A stretch of DNA of 64,000 nt, from positions 480,001 through 544,000 of the forward strand of contig CAWHBU010000006.1 in the NCBI GenBank assembly GCA_963827685.1, in the 5' to 3' direction. The notes under the pieces are model-generated. The model saw only the letters and a program-made list of their open reading frames with translations, searched no databases and was not told the DNA's origin. Shown piece after piece: positions 49,906 to 60,569 of the stretch; position 1 is the first letter of the stretch, and each line of letters begins with the position of its first letter. The stretch comes from an uncultured delta proteobacterium (GTDB lineage: Bacteria; Desulfobacterota; BSN033; UBA1163). The translations under genes were made by a program, and so were the position numbers.

Positions 49906-50859
49906 GTGAATAAACTCAAGGTCGGCGTTGTCGGTGTCGGATACTTTGGCCAATTCCATGCCGAGAAATATGCTAAGATAAAAGAAGTGGAATTGGTGGG
50001 TGTGGTGGACGTCGATACCTCTCGTGCCAGGGAAATCGCTAAACGTTATCGAACCCAACCCTTCGAGCATCACATTGACCTTTTCAAGAGAGTTCAGGCT
50101 GTCAGCATCGCCGTTCCCACTCCTTTTCATTTTTCGGTGACGAAAGATTTTTTTCTGCAAGGAATCGATGTTCTTTTGGAAAAGCCTATCTCGAGCACAA
50201 TCGAAGAGGCTGATGAATTGATCGGATTGGCTGAATCAAAGGGTTTGATCTTTCAGCTTGGCCATCTGGAACGATTCAATGGAGCTTTGTCCGGCTTGGA
50301 GGGAAGGGTCCAACATCCATGGTTCATTGAATCCTATCGGTTAGGTCCTTTCTCAGGGAGGGGGGCAGAGGTCGATGTCGTGTTAGATCTGATGGTTCAT
50401 GATATCGATATTATTCTGAACCTGGTGAACTCAAAGGTGAAAGAGTTTCAGGCCGTCGGCATTCCCATTCTCACCCATTCCCCGGACATTGCCAACGTCC
50501 GCGTTGAATTCGAAAATGGATGTACAGCGAGTTTGACCGCAAGCCGAGTTTCTGAGGAGAAAACTCGGAAAACCCGAATCTTCCAGCCGGATGGAATCCT
50601 TTCCATCGATTACCTTTCTCAAAAACTCTTCCTCTCTAAAAAGGGGGTTCGCCTCGGGGAGGAAAAGATTCCTGAAATGAAAACCGAGGAGATTCCGGTC
50701 AAGAAGATCGATCTTCTGGAGGCTGAGATTCGTTCATTTCTCCAGAGCGTGAGGAATCGAAAAAATGCTCGGGTCTCTGGGTTGGATGGGAAGCGGGCAT
50801 TGGAGTTGGCACTCCAGATCATCCAGAAGATTGATGACCTCAACAAAAAAAAGAAATAG
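49906..50859 (+). CDS. Gfo/Idh/MocA oxidoreductase (GnnA-like)
   Basis: GVGYFG, EKPI, GHLERFN, DVVLDLMVHDID, LTASRVS. Located between lpxA and lpxB. Confidence 0.85.
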   Translation: MNKLKVGVVGVGYFGQFHAEKYAKIKEVELVGVVDVDTSRAREIAKRYRTQPFEHHIDLFKRVQAVSIAVPTPFHFSVTKDFFLQGIDVLLEKPISSTIEEADELIGLAESKGLIFQLGHLERFNGALSGLEGRVQHPWFIESYRLGPFSGRGAEVDVVLDLMVHDIDIILNLVNSKVKEFQAVGIPILTHSPDIANVRVEFENGCTASLTASRVSEEKTRKTRIFQPDGILSIDYLSQKLFLSKKGVRLGEEKIPEMKTEEIPVKKIDLLEAEIRSFLQSVRNRKNARVSGLDGKRALELALQIIQKIDDLNKKKK

Positions 50860-50875
50860 TGGGGCGACTGAACAG

Positions 50876-52024
50876 ATGAAATCGAAGAAGATCCTGTTGG
50901 TCGCTGGAGAAGTTTCAGGAGATCTTCATGGCTCCCACCTCATCGAGGCCGTTCAACGCATCGATCCGGAAATCCAGTTTTTCGGGGTCGGCGGAGAGGG
51001 GTTGGAAAGAGCGGGGATGAAACTCCTCTATCATTCTCAATCTCTTTCCGTTGTGGGGATTACAGAGGTTCTCTTGAAATTAAGACCCATCCTGAAAGCG
51101 CTTCGGGGATTGAAGGAATCTCTTGACCGGGAAAAACCAGGCCTCGTCATCTTGATCGACTTTCCTGATTTCAATCTTCGGCTGGCTAAAATTGCCCACC
51201 GAAGAGGAATCCCGATTCTCTATTATATCAGTCCGCAGGTATGGGCTTGGAGACCCAAAAGGATTAAGTTGATCGCTCGGCTGGTGAAGAAAATGATTGT
51301 CCTCTTCCCTTTCGAGGTCCCTTTCTATGAGGCAGCAGGTGTCGATGTCGAGTGGATAGGCCATCCGCTTCTCGACATCGTGAAGCCGACACTTTCCCAG
51401 GAAAAGGCCTTCCAACAATTTGGTCTGGATCCCAAACGAAGAACCGTCGCCTTACTCCCCGGAAGCCGAATGCATGAGGTAGAAAGACTTCTCCCTCCCC
51501 TTCTGGCCTCCGCTTGTCTCCTCCAAAAAGAGATCCCGGATCTCCAGTTCGTCATCCCTCTCGCCTCTGGCATTCCTAAAACGATCTTGTCATCCTGGAT
51601 GGAAAATATTTCAGTGCCTGTGAAAGTGGTGGAGGGTTTTACTTACGATGTGATGAACCTCTCTGAACTTCTGATCGCTGCCTCCGGGACGGCCACGTTG
51701 GAAGGAGCGATTCTTGGAAAACCCATGATCATTATTTACAAAGTTTCTTTCCCCTCCTATTGGGTCGGCAGGGCATTGATTCGGGTGGATCACATCGGCC
51801 TCGTCAATTTGGTGGCAGAAAAGGAAATTGCTCCAGAATTAATTCAGAAGGAGGTCAATCCCCGCAGGATTGCTGACGAAGCCTTTCGTATCTTAAGAGA
51901 TCCCATCCTGAGTCGAAAAATGGCCGAATCCATGAGTGAGGTGCGTCAGAAACTCGGGGAACCCGGAGCGGCACAAAGAGCTGCCCACATAGTTCTTTCC
52001 TTGATGAAAGAGGCGGGAGCTTGA
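50876..52024 (+). CDS. lpxB: Lipid-A-disaccharide synthase
   Basis: AGEVSGDLHG, IDFPDFN, SPQVWAWR, LLPGSR, SGTATLE. Start moved to ATG 50876. Confidence 0.96.
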   Translation: MKSKKILLVAGEVSGDLHGSHLIEAVQRIDPEIQFFGVGGEGLERAGMKLLYHSQSLSVVGITEVLLKLRPILKALRGLKESLDREKPGLVILIDFPDFNLRLAKIAHRRGIPILYYISPQVWAWRPKRIKLIARLVKKMIVLFPFEVPFYEAAGVDVEWIGHPLLDIVKPTLSQEKAFQQFGLDPKRRTVALLPGSRMHEVERLLPPLLASACLLQKEIPDLQFVIPLASGIPKTILSSWMENISVPVKVVEGFTYDVMNLSELLIAASGTATLEGAILGKPMIIIYKVSFPSYWVGRALIRVDHIGLVNLVAEKEIAPELIQKEVNPRRIADEAFRILRDPILSRKMAESMSEVRQKLGEPGAAQRAAHIVLSLMKEAGA

Positions 52025-52221
52025 TATCAATAAGATGATCGATAAGCAAATTCCAAGGACAAATATTCAAATTCTTTTGAATCATCGATTATTATTTGGA
52101 GATTGGAATTTGATCATTGGTAATTATTTGGAATTTGGAATTTGCTTATTGGAATTTAGCGTATTAGGTAAATTCCATACAGTGATATAAATAGAAGGAA
52201 GGGATTGGGGTAATAATAAGT

Positions 52222-54069
52222 ATGTCTCTCTACCGAAGACTCCTTGAATTTGTAAAACCCTACTGGTTCAAATTAATTCTTGCCGTAATCTGTATGGTCG
52301 CCGTCTCTCTTCTGACCGCGGCGACAGCATGGCTTTTCAAACCTGTTGTGGACGGTGTTTTTTTCAAGAAAGAAGGGATGCCTTCAATTACAATTCCACC
52401 ATTCGTAAATAATATCATTGTTCATCTTCATCTCGAAGACCTCTTACTCAAAAGGGGTATGGAGATGCTCCGCTTACTCCCTATTATTCTTGTCCTCCTG
52501 TATCTGCTAAAAGGTATCTTCAATTATGGTCAGGCGTACTTCATGAATTTTGTGGGTCTGAGAATTATCGCGGATGTTAGGGAGAAACTCTACAATCATC
52601 TCCAAACTCTTTCTCTCTCTTTTTTTACAAAAACACCCACCGGCATTATCATCTCCCGGATCACAAATGATGTGACGTTGATTCAAGGAGCGGTCTCCAG
52701 TACCACGGCAGGTGTTTTCAAAGATATCTTTACCTTCTTCGGCCTGGTGGCTGTGGCCTTTCTTCAAAGCTGGAAATTGGCGATCATTGCTTATATTATC
52801 TTTCCTTTGGCCATCATTCCTATTAGAGGATTTGGAAAGAAGATGCGGAAATTCGCCCGGAAGGGGCAGCAACGACTAGGCCTTCTTACAACCTTTCTTC
52901 ATGAAACGATTACCGGAAACCGGATTGTCAAGGCATTTAATATGGAAGAGTATGAGAACCGGCGTTTCACTGAAGAGAATGACCGATTATTCAAAACATT
53001 CCTCAAAAGGATCAAGGTTCGTGCGCTTAATACCCCCCTGATGGAATTCCTGGGAGGAATCGCAGCAGCAATCATCATCTGGGTAGGGGGTCACATGGTC
53101 ATGCGAGGGGAATTAACCCCGGGCACCTTTGGGTCATTTCTGTTAGCCGTTTTTATGTGCTATGGTCCGATCCGTGATTTAAGCAAGGTCAACCTTGAAA
53201 TTCAAGAAGGTCTGGCAGGGGCAGCACGTATCTTTGAGCTTCTCGATACCACCACTGATATTAAAGATGCAGAGGATGCAGCTTTACTCCCCCCGATCGC
53301 CCAAGGAATAGATTTTCAAAAGATCAATTTTAAATATGAAGATGAGGTTGTGCTCAAAGACATATCCCTTAAGGTGAGGGTGGGAGAAGTGATCGCTTTG
53401 GTGGGAATGAGCGGTGCAGGAAAAACTTCTTTAGTAAACCTTCTGCCCCGTTTTTATGATGTGGGACAGGGAGAAATTCTTATTGATGGTTATGATATTC
53501 GAAAAGTCACTTTGAAATCCCTCAGGGGTCAGATCGGTTTGGTTACGCAACAAACCATCCTCTTTAACGATACGGCTCGGAATAATATTGCCTATGGAAA
53601 TCTAAAATCTTCCGATCAAGAGATCATCGAGGCAGCCAAGGCAGCCAATGCCCATGACTTCATCCAGAGATTGCCCAAAGGGTACGATACGAACATCGGT
53701 GAGCAGGGTGTCAAGCTATCCGGAGGGGAACGTCAACGCATCTCCATCGCGAGAGCCCTCTTGAAGAATGCTCCCATTCTGATTTTAGACGAAGCCACCT
53801 CTTCTCTGGATTCCGATTCTGAAACAGAAGTCCAAAAGGCATTGGAAGAGTTGATGAAAGACAGAACGGTCTTCGTCATCGCCCATCGGCTCTCGACCAT
53901 CCGAAACGCCCACCGGATCGTCGTCCTTTCCGAAGGCCAGATTGTGGAACAAGGAACGCATGAGGAATTGATGGCCTCCGATGGTGAATATCGCCGCCTC
54001 TATAGTCTTCAGTTCAAAGATGATGGAACGAGAATTCGGACAGCGTTCAAAACACAGAAGGTCTATTGA
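52222..54069 (+). CDS. msbA: Lipid A flippase ABC transporter
   Basis: TMD plus NBD (GMSGAGKT, LSGGERQR, LDEATS), in lipid A cluster context. Confidence 0.9.
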   Translation: MSLYRRLLEFVKPYWFKLILAVICMVAVSLLTAATAWLFKPVVDGVFFKKEGMPSITIPPFVNNIIVHLHLEDLLLKRGMEMLRLLPIILVLLYLLKGIFNYGQAYFMNFVGLRIIADVREKLYNHLQTLSLSFFTKTPTGIIISRITNDVTLIQGAVSSTTAGVFKDIFTFFGLVAVAFLQSWKLAIIAYIIFPLAIIPIRGFGKKMRKFARKGQQRLGLLTTFLHETITGNRIVKAFNMEEYENRRFTEENDRLFKTFLKRIKVRALNTPLMEFLGGIAAAIIIWVGGHMVMRGELTPGTFGSFLLAVFMCYGPIRDLSKVNLEIQEGLAGAARIFELLDTTTDIKDAEDAALLPPIAQGIDFQKINFKYEDEVVLKDISLKVRVGEVIALVGMSGAGKTSLVNLLPRFYDVGQGEILIDGYDIRKVTLKSLRGQIGLVTQQTILFNDTARNNIAYGNLKSSDQEIIEAAKAANAHDFIQRLPKGYDTNIGEQGVKLSGGERQRISIARALLKNAPILILDEATSSLDSDSETEVQKALEELMKDRTVFVIAHRLSTIRNAHRIVVLSEGQIVEQGTHEELMASDGEYRRLYSLQFKDDGTRIRTAFKTQKVY

Positions 54070-54151
54070 ATTTAAGCTCGGAGTTTGGAGTTCATAGTTC
54101 GGAGTCAAAAAATTTAATACTCCGAACTCCGAACTATTTTAAAGTCCACGC

Positions 54152-54811
54152 ATGTCTCTTAAACCCTTAAAGAAGAAATTGGTCTCCTGGTGGGGATCGT
54201 GGTGCGCCTACTGGATCATCAAGATTTTGGCTTGGACGATGCGGTTTGAAGAGATCAATCCAGAGATTCCGAGACGGTTTTGGGAGAAAGGGATTCCTGC
54301 CATTGGGGCCTTCTGGCATGGTAGGTTATTCTTGATGCCTATTGTCTATAAAGGGAAAAAATTGAGTTTTCTCGTTTCTCCCCATCGGGATGGCCAGGTG
54401 GTGGGAAAGGCCCTAAGACGGTTTGGTTTCCACGCCATCTTGGGTTCAACCAGGCGAAAAGGGTTTTCCGGTTTCAAACAGATGGTCAAGGCTCACGGGT
54501 CCGATATCGCCATTGTCCCGGACGGACCGAGGGGACCTCGTCACCAGGTACAAATTGGTGTGATCGAGTTGGCCAGACTGACAGGGAGGGCTGTAGTCCC
54601 ATTAACCTTCAGTGCCTCGAAAAGGAAGATCTTCAACACCTGGGATCAGTTTCTCCTCCCCTATCCTTTCTCAAAAGGTGTATTCATCTGGGGAGAACCG
54701 ATTGAGGTTGATCAAAATGGGGACCGGGCCCATCTCGAGGAGAAAAGAATCCTTTTGGAGAATCGTCTCAATCAGTTGACCGAGAGGGCAGACCACTATT
54801 TTGATTCTTAA
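54152..54811 (+). CDS. DUF374 / lysophospholipid acyltransferase family (LpxJ-like)
   Basis: FWHGR, S.HRDG, PDGPRGP, WD.FLLP.PF. Confidence 0.85.
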   Translation: MSLKPLKKKLVSWWGSWCAYWIIKILAWTMRFEEINPEIPRRFWEKGIPAIGAFWHGRLFLMPIVYKGKKLSFLVSPHRDGQVVGKALRRFGFHAILGSTRRKGFSGFKQMVKAHGSDIAIVPDGPRGPRHQVQIGVIELARLTGRAVVPLTFSASKRKIFNTWDQFLLPYPFSKGVFIWGEPIEVDQNGDRAHLEEKRILLENRLNQLTERADHYFDS

Positions 54812-55011
54812 CGAAACGCATACAATACCATATTATTTTTCAGGCTATGGCAAGAAATCCAAAATGCAAAATCCCAAATTCCAAACAATTTCAAAGCATC
54901 AAATTCAAAACTCTTAATGGCTCCATCTTTTTGGAAATTGGGATTTAGGATTTATTTGGGGTTTGCCTGCCGGTAGGCAAGGAAACTGAGATTTGCGATT
55001 TACAAAATCAT

Positions 55012-56310
55012 ATGGCCTACTATCTCTATAATATCCTTATTACAATTTTCCTCCTCCTTTCTGCTCCCTACTTTCTTTTGCGGAGTCTCATCTCCAAGCG
55101 GTTTCGAAAGGCATTGCCTCAACGAATGGGATTTTTTAAGAGCCCATCCTTCAAAAGACCGATTTGGGTTCACGCGGCATCGGTCGGAGAGGTATTCTGT
55201 TCAATCCCTCTTTTGAAGAAGATCAAAAGGGAGTTCCCTCATTCCAAGATTGTTTTAACCACGATGACCTCTACTGGGAATGAAACCGCCAAACTCCACC
55301 TCCCTGATGCAGATCAAATCCTTTTTGTACCGATCGACCATCCCCTCATCGTCCGGAGAACCATCAAAAGAATCCGACCCGGCCTTCTTCTCATTGCGGA
55401 GACAGAACTCTGGCCTAACTTGCTCCGTTCCTGTGGAAAAAAGGGAATTCCCATCATCCTCTTCAATGGAAGGATCTCCGAGAAGTCATTTCGGCGTTAC
55501 CTCCTCTTCAAATTCTTTTTCAAAGAATGTCTGAGATACATCTCCCTCTTCTTAATGCAGACGGAAGAAGATCGAACTCGAATGGTTGAGATCGGAGGGG
55601 AGTCTCAAAAGACAAAGGCAGTGGGAAATTCTAAATTCGACCAGACCTTCCCTTCCTACACCCAAGAAGCATTGGTGGATATGTCCAAAGCGCTCCGCCT
55701 TCAAGGAAAAGAGAAGATTCTCATCGCAGGCTCCACTCATTCCGGAGAAGAAGAAATCCTCGCTGGCCTTTACAAAGAATTGAAAAAAATGGACCCTTAC
55801 CTTGTCCTCATTCTTGCCCCGCGACACCTCGAAAGGTTGGAGGAAGTGGAGCGGATCTTAAGAAAAGAGTCTATCTCATGGTTAAGAAAAACTTCTCTCC
55901 CAATGGATACAGGCCGGTCTGCTCAAGGACACCCCGAAGTGATTCTCCTCGATACGATGGGGGAGTTGATGGGGATTTACAGTCTCGGGACACTGGTCTT
56001 CGTAGGCGGAAGTCTTGTCCCAATAGGAGGTCATAACCCACTCGAACCTTTGTTTTTCAGAAAGTGTGTCTTCTTCGGTCCTTATATGTTTAATTTCTTG
56101 GAAATCTCTAGCCGTCTGATTAAGACAGGAGGAGCAATCCAGGTGTCTGGAAAAGAAGAACTCTTTTCTCAATTGAAACGCCTCCTTTTTGACGAAGTGG
56201 CACGCAAAGAGATAGGGGAGAAAGGCTATCAATTTCTTCAGAAACATCAGGGTGCAACAGAAAGAATGTTGGAGGAGATCCGACCGTTCCTGATCCAATG
56301 CGGAATGTAG
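55012..56310 (+). CDS. waaA: Kdo transferase
   Basis: WVHAASVGE, ETELWPN, AGSTH, APRH.ER, GGHNPLEP. Confidence 0.96.
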   Translation: MAYYLYNILITIFLLLSAPYFLLRSLISKRFRKALPQRMGFFKSPSFKRPIWVHAASVGEVFCSIPLLKKIKREFPHSKIVLTTMTSTGNETAKLHLPDADQILFVPIDHPLIVRRTIKRIRPGLLLIAETELWPNLLRSCGKKGIPIILFNGRISEKSFRRYLLFKFFFKECLRYISLFLMQTEEDRTRMVEIGGESQKTKAVGNSKFDQTFPSYTQEALVDMSKALRLQGKEKILIAGSTHSGEEEILAGLYKELKKMDPYLVLILAPRHLERLEEVERILRKESISWLRKTSLPMDTGRSAQGHPEVILLDTMGELMGIYSLGTLVFVGGSLVPIGGHNPLEPLFFRKCVFFGPYMFNFLEISSRLIKTGGAIQVSGKEELFSQLKRLLFDEVARKEIGEKGYQFLQKHQGATERMLEEIRPFLIQCGM

Positions 56311-56364
56311 AATGCGGAATGCGGAATTTATTTAGAAATCCGCAATCCGAAATCCGAATTTGAA

Positions 56365-57435
56365 ATGTGGCGTATCGACCAATTCCTATATCAACAAGAG
56401 AAATCCTTCTGGAAACGAGGGCTTCTTTTTCCTCTTTATCTCCTCTCTTTACCTTATGGAGGGGCTGTTCGAACAAGATCTTTTTTCTATTCGCTTCAAT
56501 TATTGAAAACAAAAACTCTTCCCTGCCCTGTCATCAGCGTCGGGAACATCACGGTGGGCGGAACAGGCAAGACCCCTTTAGTCATGGCCTTAGCAAAAGG
56601 GTTGATGGCCAAGGGAATCCCTGTAGCCATTCTCAGCAGAGGGTATAAGAGAACGAAGACCTCAGAACCGGTAGCAAGCGACGGCAAGACGATTTTTCTC
56701 TCGCCCGAGGAATCAGGAGATGAGCCTTTCCTGATGGCCAAGGCTTGCAAAGGCATCCCTGTCCTGGTTGGGAAAGATCGATTCGTAAACGGTCTGATCG
56801 CTCTTCAACGGTTTGGTGTGAAGGGACTGATACTGGACGATGGCTATCAGCATCTTCCCCTCTACCGAGATATCAATATCCTGCTCATCGACTCACACAT
56901 TGGTTTTGAAGACCGTCACCTTCTGCCGAGAGGGATTTTAAGGGAACCTTTATCTCACCTTCGTCGGGCCGATCTCTTCTTGCTCACCAAAGCGGAGGAC
57001 CCAGAGACCTGTCAGCCTTTGGAGAAAGAAATTTCTGAAATCCATCCTGGCACACAGGTGTTTCACAGCCATTACGAACCGGTGAGTTTCGTGGGGCCTA
57101 ACGAGGAACAAGAAGAGCTTAATGCTTTAAAGGGAAAGAAGATCCTCGCCCTTTCCGGGATCGCTCATCCCGACACTTTCTCTTCCATTCTAAGAAAATG
57201 TGAAATGAAGATTGTCAGGGAAGCAATCTTCCCGGATCACCATCTTTACACCACCAAAGATTTGTCGTACATAGAAGAGAAAAGTAAAGGAGTCGATGGC
57301 ATTGTCACAACGGAGAAAGATATGGTAAAATTGAAAAAATTGAATATTGATCATCTTCCCATCCGAGCCCTTCGCATCGAAATGAAAATCTGGGAAGAGG
57401 AAGCATTCTTTAAGAGGATTATCTCACTATTTTGA
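56365..57435 (+). CDS. lpxK: Tetraacyldisaccharide 4'-kinase
   Basis: SVGNITVGGTGKTP, SRGY, GDEP, LDDGYQH, FPDHH, TTEKD. Confidence 0.96.
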   Translation: MWRIDQFLYQQEKSFWKRGLLFPLYLLSLPYGGAVRTRSFFYSLQLLKTKTLPCPVISVGNITVGGTGKTPLVMALAKGLMAKGIPVAILSRGYKRTKTSEPVASDGKTIFLSPEESGDEPFLMAKACKGIPVLVGKDRFVNGLIALQRFGVKGLILDDGYQHLPLYRDINILLIDSHIGFEDRHLLPRGILREPLSHLRRADLFLLTKAEDPETCQPLEKEISEIHPGTQVFHSHYEPVSFVGPNEEQEELNALKGKKILALSGIAHPDTFSSILRKCEMKIVREAIFPDHHLYTTKDLSYIEEKSKGVDGIVTTEKDMVKLKKLNIDHLPIRALRIEMKIWEEEAFFKRIISLF

Positions 57436-57450
57436 GAAGGAGAGGAGAAA

Positions 57451-58977
57451 TTGAAAGCACAGGTCAAGATATTCGATACGACTTTACGCGATGGGGAACA
57501 ATCCCCCGGGGCGACCATGAATGTAGCGGAAAAGGTGAGGATCGCCCAACAATTGGAGAAATTGGGAGTTGACATCATCGAGGCGGGTTTTCCCATTTCA
57601 TCACAAGGAGACTTCGATGCGGTCAAGGCGATTTCCAGAGCGATCACGCGTTCGGAGGTAGCGGCACTGGCCAGGGCGAATCCTCAGGATATTGATCGGG
57701 CTTGGGGGGCGGTCAAGGGGGCTAAATTTCCCCTCCTTCATACATTTATCTCCACCTCTGACATCCATCTCAAGCACCAGTTGAAGATGACCAAGGATGA
57801 GGTTATCCAGATTGCTGCCCAATCAGTGGCGAGGGCAAAGCGGTTTACCCCGAATGTTGAATTCTCGGCCATGGATGCCACCCGAAGTGATGTTAAGTTT
57901 CTTGCTGCGGTGATCGAAGCTGCCATCCGATCCGGGGCCACCACAATCAATATTCCCGATACAGTGGGCTATGCGATTCCCTCTGAGTTTGGAGAACTGA
58001 TCCGAACTCTTCGGCAAACGGTAAAAGGAATAGAAAAGATCACTCTGAGCGTCCACTGCCACAATGATCTTGGCCTGGCCGTTGCCAATTCCCTCGCTGC
58101 GATCCAGAACGGCGTAAGACAGGTGGAGTGCACGATCAATGGGATCGGGGAGAGGGCAGGAAATACCTCCCTCGAAGAAGTGGTCATGGCCATCCGTACA
58201 CGGAAGGATCTGTTCCCGTTCTATACCCAGATTGCTCCCAAGCATATCTTTACCACCAGCCGTTTGGTTTCAAAGATCACCGGGATGGTCGTCCAACCCA
58301 ACAAGGCCGTTGTCGGTTCGAATGCCTTTGCCCATGAATCTGGGATTCATCAGGATGGTGTCCTCAAGAAGAAACAGACTTATGAGATCATGACACCCGA
58401 ATCCGTGGGAATCCCTAAATCCTCTCTCGTCCTGGGGAAACTCTCCGGACGTCACGCTTTCAAAGATAGGCTGAAGGATTTAGGGGTTCGGCTTTCAGAG
58501 AAGGATTTTCAATTGGCCTTCACCCGATTCAAAGAGTTGGCAGACAAGAAGCGTGAGATTTATGATGAGGATCTCGAGTCGATCGTGGTGGAAGAGATCC
58601 TCCGGATGCCCCATCGTTTCAAGCTCATTTATCTCAATGTCATCGCTGGAAACGTCACCGTTCCGACTGCCACGGTCAAGATGGAAGTAGATGGAAAAGT
58701 CATTCAGGAGGCGGGATTTGGCGATGGGCCGGTGGACGCCACTTTTAAGACGATCAAGAAGATCACCCGTACGAGATCGAAGCTCCTTCAGTTTAACATC
58801 AACGCCATCACCGGTGGAACAGAGGCCCAGGGAGAGGTGACCGTGAGGCTGGAAGAGAAAGGCCAAGCAGTGATTGGCCAGGGTGCGGATACGGACGTGA
58901 TCGTAGCCAGTGCCAAGGCCTATATCAATGCCCTGAACAAAATTGAATTCAAAAAAAAGAAGTTGGTGGTGATGTAG
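57451..58977 (+). CDS. leuA: 2-isopropylmalate synthase
   Basis: FDTTLRDGEQSPG, HCHNDLG, GERAGN, HESGIHQDG, GDGPVDA. Confidence 0.96.
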   Translation: MKAQVKIFDTTLRDGEQSPGATMNVAEKVRIAQQLEKLGVDIIEAGFPISSQGDFDAVKAISRAITRSEVAALARANPQDIDRAWGAVKGAKFPLLHTFISTSDIHLKHQLKMTKDEVIQIAAQSVARAKRFTPNVEFSAMDATRSDVKFLAAVIEAAIRSGATTINIPDTVGYAIPSEFGELIRTLRQTVKGIEKITLSVHCHNDLGLAVANSLAAIQNGVRQVECTINGIGERAGNTSLEEVVMAIRTRKDLFPFYTQIAPKHIFTTSRLVSKITGMVVQPNKAVVGSNAFAHESGIHQDGVLKKKQTYEIMTPESVGIPKSSLVLGKLSGRHAFKDRLKDLGVRLSEKDFQLAFTRFKELADKKREIYDEDLESIVVEEILRMPHRFKLIYLNVIAGNVTVPTATVKMEVDGKVIQEAGFGDGPVDATFKTIKKITRTRSKLLQFNINAITGGTEAQGEVTVRLEEKGQAVIGQGADTDVIVASAKAYINALNKIEFKKKKLVVM

Positions 58978-59163
58978 CTGGCAAAGCGCATAGTGGGCAA
59001 AATCCCAAATTACAAATTCCAAATAAGCTCAAAATTCCAATTTCAAATGACCAAACAGATTTTGTTTCGAATTTAGGTGATTGGGATTTATTTGAGATTT
59101 GGTGCTTGGGATTTGGTGCTTTTCTTGACGCTATGCGCCATGCTTCATCTCAGACAGAGGAAT

Positions 59164-60444
59164 ATGAAAACGAAACAACCGATGACGATTACAGAAAAGA
59201 TACTGGCCTCCCATGCCGGGAAGAAAGAAGTTTCTCCTGGCGATCTGATCGATGCTCGGGTCGATCTGGCCCTCGGCAATGATATCACCGCGCCCCTTGC
59301 CATCCAGGCCTTTGAGGAGATGGGGGCGAAAAAGGTATTTAATCGTGAGCGTGTTGTGTTGGTCCCTGATCACTTTACGCCTGCCAAGGACATTCTCTCT
59401 GCCCAACAATGTAAAGTCCTCAGAAACTTTGCAAAGGCCCATCGCCTCACCCATTATTTTGAGATCGGCGAGGTGGGGATCGAACATGCCCTTCTCCCTG
59501 AGAAAGGGTTGGTCCTGCCAGGGGATGTAGTCATCGGGGCTGATAGTCACACCTGTACCTATGGTGCACTCGGGGCCTTTTCAACCGGGGTGGGCAGCAC
59601 AGACCTTGCGGCTGTGATGGCTACTGGAAGGCTCTGGTTTAAAGTCCCAGAGAGTGTCAAGTTCATCTTTTATGGAAAGCTGAATCCGTGGGTTTCTGGA
59701 AAGGATCTTATTCTCTTCACGATCGGGCAAATCGGCGTTGACGGAGCCCTCTACCAGGCAATGGAATTTACCGGAGATGCAATCACAACACTACCCATGG
59801 AGGGCCGATTCACAATGGCTAATATGGCAATTGAAGCCGGAGGAAAGAGCGGCATTTTTGATCCGGATCGGATTACCCTTCAGTACATCAAGAAGAGGGC
59901 GATGAGACCTTATAAACTCTACCATAGTGACCCTGACGCCAAATACAGAGAGGTGCATGAATACGATGTCTCGAAGATCAACCCACAGGTCTCACTTCCT
60001 CATATTCCTTCCAACGCCAAAGATGTAAGGGAGGTTGGAAAGATCGAGATCGATCAGGTGGTCATCGGCTCCTGCACCAATGGCCGTCTTGAAGACCTCC
60101 GCGTGGCAGCAAAGATTTTGAAAGGGAAAAAGATCGCGCCTTCGTTGAGACTGATCGTTATTCCCGCCACTCAGGAAATCTACCGGCAGGCATTGAAGGA
60201 AGGCCTGTTTGAGATATTTCTTTCGGCCGGTGCAGTGATCAGCCCGCCCACGTGCGGCCCTTGTCTTGGGGGTTATATGGGTGTTTTAGCAGAAGGAGAG
60301 AGGTCATTGGCCACGACGAATCGCAATTTTCGCGGAAGGATGGGCCATGCCCAGAGTGAGGTTTATCTCGCAAGCCCAGCCGTGGCGGCCGCCAGCGCAG
60401 TTAAAGGAAGAATCTGTCACCCTGAAGAAGTGTTAAGAAAATAA
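59164..60444 (+). CDS. leuC: 3-isopropylmalate dehydratase large subunit
   Basis: [37 protein letters not shown]. Start moved past the repeat region. Confidence 0.94.
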   Translation: MKTKQPMTITEKILASHAGKKEVSPGDLIDARVDLALGNDITAPLAIQAFEEMGAKKVFNRERVVLVPDHFTPAKDILSAQQCKVLRNFAKAHRLTHYFEIGEVGIEHALLPEKGLVLPGDVVIGADSHTCTYGALGAFSTGVGSTDLAAVMATGRLWFKVPESVKFIFYGKLNPWVSGKDLILFTIGQIGVDGALYQAMEFTGDAITTLPMEGRFTMANMAIEAGGKSGIFDPDRITLQYIKKRAMRPYKLYHSDPDAKYREVHEYDVSKINPQVSLPHIPSNAKDVREVGKIEIDQVVIGSCTNGRLEDLRVAAKILKGKKIAPSLRLIVIPATQEIYRQALKEGLFEIFLSAGAVISPPTCGPCLGGYMGVLAEGERSLATTNRNFRGRMGHAQSEVYLASPAVAAASAVKGRICHPEEVLRK

Positions 60445-60569
60445 ATGCCGCTGATTCCCCTCCCCCTTGACGGGGGAGGGTTAGGGTGGGGGTAAAAGGT
60501 AGGCTTAGTCCCCCTCCCCTTCATCCCCTCCCGCCAAGGGAGGGGAGAGTATTGTGTTAGGAAAATACC

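Noticed and set aside
59077-59163. N-terminal extension of leuC (and similar extensions on the 946-1890 ORF, rimO, lpxB, surA and etfB)
   Set aside because: These arise from open frames through repeat arms or overlapping genes. Downstream starts fit the family N-termini and RBS positions better.
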